Part shown: piece after piece, positions 23,425-37,739 of the stretch
Numbering within the stretch: the first letter of the stretch is position 1
Layout of the letters: each line of letters begins with the position of its first letter
Assembly (NCBI RefSeq): GCF_006345805.1
Contig: NC_043016.1
Location: forward strand, 13,888,001 to 13,952,000
Source of the DNA: Octopus sinensis
Taxonomy: Eukaryota
Direction: 5' to 3'
Length of the DNA stretch: 64,000 nucleotides
The notes under the pieces: generated by a model
The model's database searches: none
Seen by the model: only the letters and a program-made list of their open reading frames with translations
What the model was told of the DNA's origin: nothing
Made by a program: the position numbers and the translations under genes

Positions 23425-24995
23425 TAAGATCGATTTGTTCAACTAAAACCATTTAAGAAAGTACCCCAGCATGGCCACAGTCCAATGACTGAAACAAGTA
23501 AAAGATAAAAGATATACTGGGATTGATTTGTTCAAGTAAAACCCTTCAAGGTAGTGCCCCAGCATGGCCACAGTCCAATGAGTGAAACAAGTAAAAGATA
23601 AAAGATATACTGGGATTGATTTGTTCAAGTAAAACCCTTCAAGGTGGTGCCCCAGCATGGCCACAGTCCACTGACTGAAACAAGTAAAAGATAAAAGATA
23701 TACTGGGATTGATTTGTTCAACTAAAACCCTTCAAGGTGGTGCCCCAGCATGGCCACAGTCCAATGACTGAAACAAGTAAAAGATAAAAGATATACTGGG
23801 ATTGATTTGTTCAAGTAAAACCCTTCAAGGTGGTGCCCCAGCATGGCCACAGTCCAATGACTGAAACAAGTAAAAGATAAAAGATATACTGGGATTGATT
23901 TGTTCAACTAAAACCCTTCAAGTTGGTGCCCCAGCATGACCACAGTCCAATGACTGAAACAAGTAAAAGATAAAAGATATACTGGGATTGATTTGTTCAA
24001 GTAAAACCCTTCAAGGTGGTGCCCCAGCATGGCCACAGTCCAATGACTGAAACAAGTAAAAGATAAAAGATATACTGGGATTGATTTGTTCAAGTAAAAC
24101 CCTTCAAGGTGGTGCCCCAGCATGGCCGCAGACCAATGACTGAAACAAGTAAAAGATAAAAGATATACTGGGATTGATTTGTTCAACTAAAACCCTTCAA
24201 GGTGGTGCCCCAGCATGGCCACAGTCCAATGACTGAAACAAGTAAAAGATAAAAGATATACTGGGATTGATTGTTCAACTAAAACCCTTCAGGTGGTGGC
24301 CCCAGCATGGCTACAGTCCAATGACTGAAACAAGTAAAAGATAAAAGATATACTGGGATGATTTGTTCAACTAAAACCCTTCAAGGTGGTGCCCCAGCAT
24401 GGCCACAGTCCAATGACTGAAACAAGTAAAAGATAAAAGATATACTGGGATTGATTTGTTCAAGTAAAACCCTTCAAGGTGGTGCCCCAGCATGGCCATA
24501 GTCCAATGACTGAAACAAGTAAAAGATAAAAGATATACTGGGATTGATTTGTTCAACTAAAACCCTTCAAGGTGGTGCCCCAGCATGGCCACAGTCCACT
24601 GACTGAAACAAGTAAAAGATAAAAGATATACTGGGATTGATTTGTTCAACTAAAACCCTTCAAGGTGGTGCCCCAGCATGGCCACAGTCCAATGACTGAA
24701 ACAAGTAAAAGATAAAAGATATACTGGGATTGATTTGTTCAAGTAAAACCCTTCAAGGTGGTGCCCCAGCATGGCCACAGTCCAATGACTGAAACAAGTA
24801 AAAGATAAAAGATATACTGGGATTGATTTGTTCAACTAAAACCCTTCAAGGTGGTGCCCCAGCATGGCCACAGTCCAATGACTGAAACAAGTAAAAGATA
24901 AAAGATATACTAGGATTGATTTGTTCAAATAAAACCCTTCAAGGTGGTGCCCCAGCATGGCCACAGTCCAAGAGTGAAACAAGTAAAAGATAGAA
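23425..24995 (+). repeat. 93-bp tandem array (17 copies) made of a SINE 3' tail
   Basis: Unit gggattgatttgttcaa(g/c)taaaacccttcaaggtggtgccccagcatggccacagtccaatgactgaaacaagtaaaagataaaagatatact, continuous with the SINE body at 22845-23420. Confidence 0.95.
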
Positions 24996-25060
24996 AGTAA
25001 AAGATGAGATCACTTTTCAGTGTATGATGAATGTATTATGTGAAAAATAAGCTATTTCAC

Positions 25061-25105
25061 CCACTTGGTCGTTGGAAATTTCTGCATGAAAAACAATGGA
25101 AGTGT
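25061..25105 (-). CDS. Candidate 45-nt exon
   Basis: gaattttttcag|ACACTTCC...CAAGTGG|gtgaaa; phase-1 reading (D)TSIVFHAEISNDQV, no stop. Confidence 0.3.
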
Positions 25106-27123
25106 CTGAAAAAATTCATAATAATCTACACCAATGTAAATACAAACAATAAAGGTGCAATGAAACACATACATCAACAAACAAACATTATTTAAACGAA
25201 TTTCATAGCACCAGTGAATGACATATTACACATATTCACATACATTCAAAATCAATCAAATCAAATCAAAACACATTTTGAAAAACAAATGTCCTGATAG
25301 AGTAAATTTCTGTGTAAATATTAACAAAAGACTAGTCAAAAAACTACTTGTATAAGTACCCACTTTTTAACCAGAGAGAAACACCTGTCCTCTCACTCCA
25401 CAGAATTGATTTCTTTTCAATTTCCTTCTATCAAATGTAGCCTTACTCTGCATAGATTATGTAAATGCATTTAACTTCAGTTTGCCTTTGATGGTGGCCA
25501 CCTGCTCAATGACATCAGATCACTAGATATAGATATGGTAGTCATCAGCTAGCCTAGAATTTTCAGTCCACAAGTAGGTCTAGTGTCAGTGGATGTTAGA
25601 CCTACTTAGCTTCAAGTCAACCAGAGTTGAGAGTTAGAATTGCTGTGTTTGTTTCAGAAAGGTCTAGATCTCATAACATGGACCATCTTTTTGGACAAAG
25701 AAGAAAAGTTAGTGGTACTTGATATGACCAGCAGCAAAGACTATACCTTTAGATGAATAGACATCGACATATATGAACAACATTACCATCATGGTGTCAG
25801 ACACCAGGCATACTACTCTAAGAAACTCCAAGGCAGGGCAGGATGAAAAATCAATCAAGAAAAACTCAATGGATCTGCAGCCCAGCATCTGGAGAGGTAG
25901 GTTCACGCAGTCCAACAGTATCATGGAATACTGGATGGATGAACTGGTTAAATTGCTCAGCTCTGCTCTGGTTTAATTTTCCAAGTGGAGAAGAACTCAG
26001 ATGAGGTGATGAGCAGAATAGCCAATCTCACCTAGAAAGCCATCCATGAAAGGTTGAACAGAAATGGTGAATCCTTATATTGCTTCTATCATATGAGGGT
26101 CAGCTGGAAAGGCATTCAGCTGTAAAAACTTTGCCAAAACAAACTCTGAAGCCTGGCGCAGTCTTTTGCCTAGCTAACTCGTGTCAAACTGTCCAACCCA
26201 TGCCAGCATAGAAAGTGGTCCTTAAATGATATCTTAAAATTGCATTCAAATGAATTTAAATGGTGATATTCTATAATTGAAATCATTTCCATTTTTTGTT
26301 TTTGAGTTATTGTTCAGAGTAAGCAAAGTTGATAATTTATTCCAGGCTAGGAATGTGAGTTATAAAAATCTTAACATTTCCAGTTCTTGTTAATCACCGA
26401 TTATCAGAGGTAACACGCAACAAAACTCCTGTGCAGTTTTGCCATCATTAAGAACTACAGCTCAATACATTGTTGATTTTCTTAAAAGATCCAAAGAAAG
26501 TAGACACCTCATTGTAACATTCAGCTGCGTTAATTTTACAAAAATTCAATCTCTAACATGCTTCTGGGTCAATCAACAGATTGGTTCTGATGACAACCGT
26601 TTTTTATGACCAGACATGCTTCTCCCATTATTATTTTGACCACATTGGTGCAGGAGTGGCTGTGTGGTAAGTAGCTTGCTTATGAACCACATGGTTCCAG
26701 GTTCAGTCTCACTGCGTGGCACCTTGGGCAAGTGTCTTCTACTATAGCCTCGGGCTGACCAAAACCTTGTAAGAGGATTTGGTAGAGAGAAACTAATAGA
26801 AACCCATCGTATATGTGTGTGTGTGTCTGTGTTTGTCCCCCAACATCACTTGACAACCGATGCTGGTGTGTTTACATCCCCGTAACTTAGCGGTTCAGCA
26901 AGAGAGACCGATAGAATAAGTACTGGGCTTACAAAGAATAAGTCCTGGGGTTGATTTGCTCGACTAAAGGTGGTACTCCAGCATGGCCACAGTCAAATGA
27001 CTGAAACAAATAAAAGAGAAAAGATAAAAGACACCAACACCTTCCTTTTGATTCCAGTCAACAAAATCAACGAACTAGATTGTCAGAATTAAAGATGAAA
27101 CATTCATTTGATTTATAAGTCAC

Positions 27124-27187
27124 CTGATCTTTCTCCCAATAAATCATCGTTGTCTGAGTGATGACTTTTGATGCTGTAATAGTCCAT
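27124..27187 (-). CDS. Candidate first coding exon (exon 27232-27124; MDYYSIKSHHSDNDDLLGERS)
   Basis: Acceptor gaattcttcag|, ATG in AGCATGG Kozak context, donor CAG|gtgact, non-repetitive sequence. Confidence 0.35.
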
Positions 27188-27559
27188 GCTGTAATTTTAT
27201 CAACATTGATGGCCTGCATGAAATCACATGTCCTGAAGAATTCAAGATTCATTGATATATCTAATATTATCTAAACATATCTAAAGCACAATGTCTTTTA
27301 CATATATTTTGACTTCATTGAATCCTTTTATTTCTTTTAGTTGATTTATGATTGTACTTTTCCACACAAGAAATAACTTGATAAATTACATTACAAATTC
27401 CCATTAAAATTGTTACTATTTTCTTGCTGATGACTATTTGCTCACTCACTGCTCATAATATTTTGTATTGTCTTATTGGCAATAATAATCTGATATTATA
27501 GTATATTCAAATAAAACATCCATCATAATAACGTACGTCACTTATGTCATTGATGTGTG

Positions 27560-27923
27560 CAGTAATGCCTCAGTAAATGAGTTAATTTGTTCTGAAAGAC
27601 TGCTTGTAAAGAGAAAACTCATGAAGCAGAGCAATGACTCCCCATAGTAGCAATGTTATAAATTGTAATTTGTTCCCAGAAAAATATTTTACCGACACAC
27701 AAATTCGAGAAGCGTTCAATATTTTTCTAAGAGTTTCTTAGAGTTGACAGCATTGGAGTGGCTGTGTGGTAAGTAGCTTGCTTACGAACTACATGGTTCC
27801 AGGTTCAGTCCCACTGTGTGGCACCTTGGGCAAGTGTCTTCTACAACAGCCTCAGGCCAACCAAAGACTTGTGAGTGGATTTGGTAGACAGAAACTGAAA
27901 GAAGCCCATTGTATATATGTATG

Positions 27924-27969
<46 letters not shown>

Positions 27970-28603
27970 AGTGTGTGTGTATATGTTTGTGTGCCTGTGT
28001 TTGTCCCCCCAACATCGCTTGACAACCGATGCTGGTGTGTCTACATCCCCGTAACTTAGTGGTTCAGCAAAAGAGACCATTAGAATAAGTACTAGGCTTA
28101 CAAAGAATAAGTCCTTGGGTCGATTTGCTTGACTAAAAGGCAGTGCTCCAGCATGGCTACAGTCTAATAACTGAAACAAGTAAAAGAGTATAAAATCTAT
28201 AATACTCATAAATAAATGGCAGTAAAACAACAGTAGAATGTAAAGAATATTTTATGCAAAGTAGAAAGAATGTCAAGATCATTTATGATAAAAACCATTA
28301 TTATTATAATCATTTTCTAAATCACTTTTACTTGCATTAGACTTGCTTGTAGACGTGATCGCTGATTCACAAGCACTCCTAGATGGACTTGTAGATTTCT
28401 TTTTAAAAAACATATCTAAAGTTGTTTGATTAAAAGAAGCTTTTTTTTTTGTTCTCTATAAATTTCTCGGTAACACGCAGAAGCATTTGTTATGGTAGTA
28501 GAAAGTTTTCCACTTCATTTGATATTTAGATCTTGCACGTGAAAAATAAACTCATAAACCCAGGGTCTCGTAAAGCATATCCTTGTTAAGTGAGGTATTA
28601 CTG
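27560..28603 (-). mobile_element. Internally deleted Tigger-like element with inserted SINE
   Basis: Ends cagtaatgcctcagtaaatgagt (27560) and cagtaatacctcacttaac (28603, -, TA flank). C-terminal CYREIYREQKK..QTTLDMFFKK remnant at about 28380-28490. Confidence 0.7.
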
Positions 28604-29169
28604 TATCTCATTATTTGTATGACTATAATCATTATAATAATGCAAAGCTTACAGAATGAGGACAACTTCCATTGGTACATGTTTAGACAACTCACTGATA
28701 AACAAACACACACACACACACAACTATATCTACCACTTATATTGTAGATCTGTGTTCCATAATTTTATTTTTTTTTAATGGTTGTGGATCCTCTCGGTAA
28801 ATATCATAGCTGACAACCATTCTTATTAGTTTCTTCTTTTAAGTATTTTGTACATAAATATATTTAATTGTCACTGATACTAACTGTAAGAACAGTTTGG
28901 TTGATCTAATAGCACCAAGACACGTATCTAAGATCCTTACACATCTCTAGGAAGTAAATTTGTACAATTAAAATTCTCAAAATCTCTACAAATGTTAAAC
29001 ACTGCAATCTCTGATGATTTCTCTTGAGCCAACATATATATAACATTGCCAAACCTGCATCACAAAGACCTTGATTCATCTTTAGAACCAGAAAATATTT
29101 CAACCTTGGTCAGTTACTGGCTCTCTATAAACCTCAGGTGTAATCTACTTTGGACTACTGCTACCATAT

Positions 29170-29340
<171 letters not shown>

Positions 29341-32029
29341 CAGACATCATCCAAAAGATGATCATCTGACTGATTGTCAAACACTCACCAATGCATTGCA
29401 AGCACTGGCTTGTAGACATTGGACATTATTCTTGTGTCCACAAAATCCACTGTAAGGAATTTCACTATATAGGAAAATTCAGTGTAAGTCAATTTAACAT
29501 ATGGACAATGATAAAACATATATTAAAAGGAAAAAAAAAATGATAAAAAGGTTTTTACAAAAGTATTAAACAGGCAAGTCTTTATTTAACACCAAGCATT
29601 AAAATGACATGATGAGATCATTTAAAATGAAATTTCTCACAGCAAATTTTCTCATGGCAAAAATGTTCATGGGGAAATTTCCTATAACCATTTTCCCTAC
29701 CTGAATAGCCTTTCACCACTCTAAAAAAAAAATTGCCTGTCTATCTCTTCTTCTTCCATTTTTGTTATCATGTTTTGTGTATCGTATCTGACACGGAGCA
29801 CTTCAATCAGTTCTTCCTCTGAGAAATCTAATCTTCAAGAATTCTCACCCATCCATGCTTTTCCTGCTGGCATCAACCAACAAATATTCAAGCTAAACAT
29901 CAACTCAATAATCTCAGTAATCTAGAAGGCCATCAAAGATCATAACAATTGCTCCCGTATCTTTTGATAATGTGGAACAAATTTCGTTTTATATTCGACT
30001 TTCTAAACAATTGCCTGTTCAAATAAATATCCTTCAATTGTTTTGTTTGATTCAGCCTAGCTGTCAGTTAAAAATAAATATTTACAATTTGAATACCAAT
30101 ATTTGCAGTTTAAATATTTCATTTCCCTGTAGTTGTCACCTTATCAAAACATAACGGCTGCTTTAACTATTTAAAATTTGTAACTGTTTCGGTACAGTAT
30201 TCCAGATCACAGACATTATGATGAAATATATACTTTGCTTAGGCAACCAAGTACTTTAATATGCAATCTGAGTATGCTAGTTATTCAAATTTATAAAACA
30301 TCCTTTGCGTGCCGGTAGCACATAAAAAGCACCATCCGAACGTGGCCAATGCCAGCGCCGCCCCGACTGGCTTCTGTGCCAGTGGCACATAAAAAGCACC
30401 ATCCGAACGTGGCCGTTGCCAGCGCTGCCTTGGCTGGCTCCCGTGTTGGTGACATGTTAAAAGTTCCAGCCGATCGTGGCCGATGCCGGATCCCCCTGGC
30501 ACCTGTGCAGGTGGCACATAAAAAGCACCCACTACACTCGCGGAGTGGTTGGCATTAGGAAGGGCATCCAGCTGTAGAAACTCTGCCAGATCAGACTGGA
30601 GCCTGGTGCAGCCCCTGGCTTCCCAGACCCCGGTCGAACCGTCCAACCCGTGCTAGCGCGGAAAACGGACGTTAAACGATGATGATGATGATGATGATGA
30701 TAGTGTTGTTTTTTTTTTCCTCTCCCATCTTGAATTCACCACCATCATCATCATCATCATTATTAACATTTAACATCCATTTTCCATGCTGGCATGGTTT
30801 ACACGGTTTGACTGGAATTGGTAAGCTGGGGAGCTGCATCAGGTTTCAGTCTGATTTGCATGTTTTCTACAGCTGGATGCCCTTTCTAACACCAACCACT
30901 TCGAAAGTGTAATAGGTGCTTTCTATGTGCCACTGGCACAGGTGCTATTCACATGACACTGGCAATGGCCACGACTACAATTCCACGAGTGCCATTCACA
31001 TGACACTGGCAACGACCACGGCTTCGATTTCACTCGGCTTGACAATTCTTCTCAAGCACAGCATAATGCCAACGGTCTCAGTCGCTGGTCATCAGCTCCA
31101 TGAGGCTCAACATTCGAAGGTCATGCTTCACCACCTTGTCCCTTGCCTCCACGAGGCCCAACATTCAAAGGTCATGCTACTGGCAACAGCCACAATTACG
31201 ATTTCATTTCATTGGTGTCATTTATATGACACCAGCAATGGCTACGACTGCGACTTTACTTGGCCCAATGAGTCTTCTCAAGCGCAACAAACCACCAAAG
31301 GTCTCAGTCACTAACTTCCAGGAGGCCCAACATTTGTAGGTCATGTTTCACCACCTCATCCCATGTCTTCCACAGAGGGTGGAACTTCTTTACACAACTG
31401 CTCTCAGTTTGAAGTTTATTGGGCATTAAAAACATAAGTTTTGATTATTCTGATTATATACAGAATAAACTTAAATTCTACAAGAGTACTTCTGGTTTTA
31501 CAGTCAAATGGCATAAAGCACATGGAACTGCACAGGTGCTTTTATCTGACACCACATGGGCACTTTTACATGGTGTAAAAACCTTAAACTTAAAATCATG
31601 ACAAAAAGCAAAAAAAAAAAAAAACTAAACTAACAAAAAGCGATAATATTTAAATCCTTGTAAAACTACAGATTTTTAATCAAACTATCATCATCATCAT
31701 CGTTTAACGTCCGTTCTCCATGCTAGCATGGGTTGGATGGTTTGACCGGGGATCTGGGAAGCCAGAAGGCTGCACCAGGCTCCAGTCAGTTCTGGCAGTG
31801 TTTCTACAGCTGGATGCCCTTCCTAATGCCAACCACTCCGTGAGTGTAGTGGGTGCTTTTTATGTGCCATCAGTACAGGTGCCAGGCAAGGCTGGCAATG
31901 GCCACGGTCGGATTGGTGCATTTTACGTGCCACCGGCATGGAAGCCAGTCGAGGCGGCGCTGGCATCGGTCACGTTCAGATGATGAAAGAAAAACAGTGC
32001 AGTGAGGTACAATGTCTTCAGTAACTTAA

Positions 32030-32250
32030 TCCTTTTGCATTTTAAACCAGCCATGTCCAGCTCAAATATTCTACCTATGTTATGTTAAAATTGGCCAGAT
32101 CTGGTCTCTCACATCTGCTCTACAATGCTATTATAAAAATAAACAATCATATCATTGAAATCTTACAACTACAAGATAATGTGTGATTAAATGAAAACAA
32201 CGTGAATGAATAAGCATTACATTTGACAGAGAAATCTGAATGCCACAGGG
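32030..32250. mobile_element. piggyBac-like MITE, second copy
   Basis: TTAA|tccttttgcatt ... aatgccacaggg|TTAA; similar to 12842-13063. Confidence 0.7.
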
Positions 32251-33564
32251 TTAAAGAAATATGTATAATTTATCCACTTTAAGACTACGAAACTATCTAA
32301 TAATTGCTCATTATTTATAGAAAGAGTAGAATTGAAATTTGGCCAAGAATGTGACTAGTACTTATTTTATCAACTCCTTACTAGGATTAGGATTATCCTA
32401 ATCTAAATATTTTGTAGACATTAAACTATAGAAGTTTAGTGCAACACCAGAAACAAATACCTGGCAAGCTTGTGACCAGCAGCGGCCCAGATTTCTGAAT
32501 TTTCTGGTTTTCTGTGGACAGTCAAAACGCATGTTTAAAATATAAGCTAAAGTGTGAAAAGTAAAGAACTAAATTAACAGATTTAGATTAATACATTTCT
32601 AAAGCAGGATCTGTTTGATATTTATTAATCCACTTAAATTATATCTTACTGTTCTACGTATAATGTTTTTAGGATGAAAATTAAATGGAGAAAAGTGAAA
32701 AAATCACAATGGTTTTATTTAACAGATACTCTTTACTCTCTTTTACTCTTTTACTTGTTTCAGTCATTTGACTGCGGCCATGCTGGAGCACTGCCTTTAG
32801 TCGAGCAAATCGACCCCGGGACTTATTCTCTGTAAGCCCAGTACTTATTCTATTAGTCTCTTTTGCCAAACCGCTAAGTGACGGGGACGTAAACACACCA
32901 GCATCGTTTGTCAAGCAATGCTAGGGGGACAAACACAGACACACAAACACACACACATATATATATATATACATATATATGACAGGCTTCTTTCAGTTTC
33001 CGTCAACCAAATCCACTCACAAGGCATTGGTCGGCCCGGGGCTATAGCAGAAGACACTTGCCCAAGATGCCACGCAGTGGGACTGAGCCCGGAACCATGT
33101 GGTTGGTTAGCAAGCTACTTACCACACAGCCACTCCTGCACCTATGATACAGTTACAAATTAATACACTTTTAAAGCAGTGTTTGTTTAGTCATTATTCA
33201 ATCCACTTAAAAAAGTGGAGAACAAACCTATTTTTGACATGCCAAATGCAAATTAACCAACTTCAAAAACAGAGTCTGTTTACTCAATATCAGGTACAGG
33301 ATATTGCACAGTATATCACAGTATTTTTAGATTTCTGTAAATTCTGGATATCTGGAAGCCATTTAAGAGATCTAGAACTGTGCATGTGGGCCATAATATT
33401 TTGAGAAATCGGTGTATTATACAATGCAGGGCTCACTATTATATAAAAATAGTTGAATTAAAATAGATAAAATTGCATTCACACTGATTCACACTGAAAT
33501 TTTTAAAATCACACTGCAAGACGAATTCATATTTCAGTTGTGTGTGTGTGTGTGTGTGTGTGTG

Positions 33565-33601
<37 letters not shown>

Positions 33602-33853
33602 AGACTTCAACATTATGGCAGGTTCAAAGGTTGGCATGTCACTAAAATACTTCTCCCTTCTCATGGGAAACATGAAGCAAAATGTTGAAATTGCACAATG
33701 CATGCAGCTAGGATATCCAACAAAGCAAAACCACTTAATAACCTAATAAGTAAAAAAGGGAAGGAGCAAATAGGGAGCAGCTATTTAGACTATATATAAG
33801 TATACATATGTATGAATGTATATGTGTGTATGTGTGTGTGTATGCGTGCATGA

Positions 33854-33884
<31 letters not shown>

Positions 33885-33992
33885 CTTACACACATATATA
33901 TGTATATATGTGTGTGTATATATAGATAGAGAGAGAGAGAGTGAGAGAGAGAGAAAGATACATACATACATACACACGTATATATATGTATA

Positions 33993-34064
<72 letters not shown>

Positions 34065-34139
34065 TATTACAGATAGATAGATAGATATATATAGATATAT
34101 ATCCACATATTTATATATATATGTGTGTGTGTATGTGTG

Positions 34140-34440
34140 GAGGCGCAATGGCCCAGTGGTTAGGACAGCAGACTCGCAGTCGAAGGATTGCGGTTTCGAT
34201 TCCCAGATCAGTTGTTGTATGTGTTTATTGAGCAAAACACCTAAAAGCTCCATGAGGATCCAGCAGGGGTTGGTGGCAACCCCTGTTGTACTCTTTCGCC
34301 CCAACTTTCTCTCACTCTCTCTTCCTGTTTCTTGAGTAATGCTGCGATGGACTGACGTCCCGTCCAGCTGGGGGGGCACACATATGCCACAGAAACCGGG
34401 AAACCGGGCCCATGAGCCTGGCTAGGCTTGATAAGGGCAA
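34140..34440 (+). mobile_element. tRNA-derived SINE
   Basis: tggcccagtggttagg (A box), ggtttcgattccc (B box), ttgagcaaaacac, gtcccgtccagctgggg..ggaaaccgggaaaccggg tail. Confidence 0.75.
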
Positions 34441-34562
34441 CATGTATTGTTTTATATATATATATGACCATTTGTAGCAGTACATAAATCCATAAAGCTA
34501 AACCTCTAATGTGCAAGGAAACAGGGTAATCCCATATATATGTGTGTGCGTGTGTGTGTATA

Positions 34563-35425
34563 TATACGCGATGGATAAATGGTCACCATTTCATATTTTT
34601 AATTTCGCATATGCATATTGTTTGTTTTTGATTTTGTCAACAACACAGTATAGTAGGGTCTGTTGGGCACTGTCTGTGATAAAAACAGCACCACGATGCA
34701 ATTCACTCTGCCAGAAATTTGGAAAGAACATGCTGTACTGCTTTGCATTAGTGCCAGAAGCTCCAATACGAACATTGCAGAGTGTTTGGGTGTCAATCTG
34801 TGGACAGTGCAATCTGAAGACATGTACCGAGAGTGGTAAAAATCAAATATCCAGTGAGCATCATGGTGTTTGGAGTGATCACTAACGATGGTCCATTCAT
34901 CTTCCCATACAGTCTCAAACTCAACTCGGAGGCCTACATCAAGTACCTGGAGGAGGTACTACTGCCCTGGGTCAAGTGGGCGGCTGCTGGAAGACCCCAT
35001 GTCTGGCAACAGGGCTCTGCACCATGCCACACAAACAGGAGAACCTAGTCATGGCTGTTAGACAATTTTGGTGACTACATCACCCCTAACATCTGGCCGC
35101 CTAACTCCCCAGATTGCTTCCCTTTTGATTATTATGTGTTGGGTAAGAGACCAACAAAACTAGTAACACCAAAAAGATGAACTGAAGGCAAGTATTATGG
35201 CAGCATTCACCAACTTAAACAAGGAGACCATCCAGAAGGGTTGCAGGAAATTCTGAAGTCGTCTGGAGGCCATGGTTAAAGCCAATGGCGATTTTATTGA
35301 ATAAATTTACAGTTTGGTATTTCAAGATATTTTTATGTAATTTTGGTAAATATATCTGTTAAAATGAAATGTCAGTGTTATTTTCATTTTTGTGTGATTT
35401 AGATGACAGTTTATTTACTGCACCT
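34563..35425 (+). mobile_element. Degenerate maT/DD37D-like Tc1-mariner transposon
   Basis: KYPVSIMVFGVIT..GPFIFP..LKLNSEAYIKYLEEVLLPWV..GRPHVWQQGSAPCH followed by WL.DNF..ITPNIWPPNSPDC.PFDYYV. Confidence 0.8.
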
Positions 35426-35589
35426 AGAATGTTTATGTTTCTAAAGAGATTACAGCAATTGTTTTAATGCTACAGTGCATCTTCCTCAACTTAAATATAT
35501 ATAAACATTTATATATTTCCAAAAATGAGTTTAAAGGGACACAATATCCTGGCGGCTTCAGTATTTCCTCTCAAGTCAGTTTCAGATAC

Positions 35590-35925
35590 CGGCTAACCAC
35601 AGCAGTTTTTCTGTGGTATCCAAGCTAGTAATAAGTTGCTAGACTCTGGTAATACCTCTCCCACAGGTTCCCTCAACCGCTAGGGTGTGGCACTTTTTCA
35701 CACAGCTATCCTCATCCATTCTCGCCACATGACCATACCAGCGCAATCGTCTCTCTTGCACACCACAACTGATGCTTCTTAGGTCCAACTTTTCTCTGTC
35801 GAGTATGAACACTGACATAACACATCCATCGGAGCATACTGGCTTTATTTCTTGCGAGCTTACGCATATCCTCAGCAGTCACAGCCCATGTTTCACTACC
35901 ATGTAGCATGGCTGTTCGTACACAT
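35590..35925 (-). mobile_element. RTE-clade LINE fragment
   Basis: CVRTAMLHGSETWAVTAEDMRKL.RN.ASMLRWMC..LRWYGHV motifs. Confidence 0.8.
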
Positions 35926-36905
35926 GTGTCATATATATATATATATATATGCACAGGTGTGGCTGTGTGGTAAGAAGATTGCTTCCCAGCCAAATGGCTC
36001 CAGATTCAGTACCACTGTGTGACACCTTGGTTAATTGTCTTCAGCTGTAGCGCCTGTTCAACCAAAGCCTTGTGAGTGGATTTGGTAGATGGAAACTGAA
36101 AGAAGCTCATCATGCATATACATATGCAGTACTGGATTAACCATTAAGCAAAATAAGTACGTGCTTGGGGCCTCAAAGGAAGGCGGGGGCACCACAGAAA
36201 TAGTAAATGGTTTACAGCACAAAAGAAATCACTTTAAACTTGCTAAAATAATATTTGGGATACCTTTAGCTTTACTAAATAATAGATGCAAATGTGTTAC
36301 CTAAGATTAATTTTGAGGATCTGGTCAAAGACTTTACAATTAAAAAAAGTAGAAAACTTTTCAAATTTAAATAAAGTGGAAGTAGACAAAAATTAACATC
36401 ATTTTCCCTCTTACTGTTTTGAAAATTAAAAATTTATTTCATGGTTTGTTATTGTTTATACTTTAAATTCCATAATCTTTTATGGGGCACCCAAAGGACC
36501 TCGATGGGTATTAATCCGGCCCTATATGCATGTATTATTTTTTTTGTATGTGTGTGTGTGCCTGTGTTTGTCCCCCTACCATTGCTTGACAACCAATGTT
36601 GGTGTATTTACATTCCTGTAACTTAGCAATTCAGTCAAGGTGCCTGATAAGTATTAGGCTTACAAAGAATAAGTCCTGGGGTCGATTTGTTCAGCTAAAG
36701 GTGGTGCTCCAGGATCGCTGTAGTCAAATGACTGAAACAAGTAAAAAAATAAAAGAACATATATATATATATGTATGTATGTATGTATGCATGCAAGCAT
36801 GTATGTATGTATGTATGTATGTATGTATGTATGTATGTATGTATGTATGTATGTATGTATGTATGTATGTATGTATGTATGCATGCAAGCATGTATGTAT
36901 GTATG

Positions 36906-36936
<31 letters not shown>

Positions 36937-37277
36937 TATAAAGAGAATGGAGAGTGAACACAGGAAAATTCAATTTATTATATAACAGAGTATTTCATGT
37001 CACTTATTCACATTTCAATCTCTCACCTTCATTCACAAATTAAACAAATTCCAGGAAAATTAATTGATTAAATGGAATTAAATCAGTGAACACCTGAGTG
37101 AAATACATCCCTGTTGAAAGAGCAACTCTTTTCCATTCGAAACCTCATAAACACTCTTTATATATGCAGCTTATATATATATATAAATTCTATAATTATG
37201 AGTATACACTTGGTAAAATTATTAATTATTGATTAATTAATTAATTAATTAATTAATTTTACCCTTTATTATTATTG

Positions 37278-37319
<42 letters not shown>

Positions 37320-37739
37320 GCATAGGCATGGCTGTGTGATATGAGTGGTACTTGTTTCCCAACCATGTGGTTCTGGGTTCAGTTCCACTGCATGGCACCT
37401 TTGGTAAGTTTCTTCTATGACAGCCTTGGGCCGACCAAAGCCTTGTGAGTGGATTTGGTAGACAGAAACTGAAAGAAGCCCATCATATACATATATGTGT
37501 GTGTGTTTGTGTCTGTGTTTGTTCCCCCACTACCATCACTACCACTATCGCTTGACAACCGATGTCGGTGTCCCTGTAACTTAGTGGTTCGGCAGAAGAG
37601 ACCGATAAAATAAGCACCAGCTTCCAAAGAATAAGTCCATGAGCCAATTTCTTCAACTAAAAGGCAGTGCTCCAGCATGGCCACTGTCAAATGAGAGAAA
37701 CAAATAAAAGTATAAAAGAATATATATATATATATACAT

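Noticed and set aside
23425-24995. Regular array as CRISPR or as a repetitive protein (NKSIPVYLLSFTCFSHW..)
   Set aside because: There are no unique spacers, the context is eukaryotic, and the unit is a SINE tail. The ORFs arise because 93 is divisible by 3.
25995-26050. CAGATGA-GGTGA..TCACC-TAGAAA as a hammerhead
   Set aside because: Mutated core, and no UH triplet or helix I.
13230-27187. Assigning the candidate exon chain to ATG9 on a loose acidic..H..W.H resemblance
   Set aside because: There is no following IE(N/D)LD block, and the similarity is too weak to name a gene.
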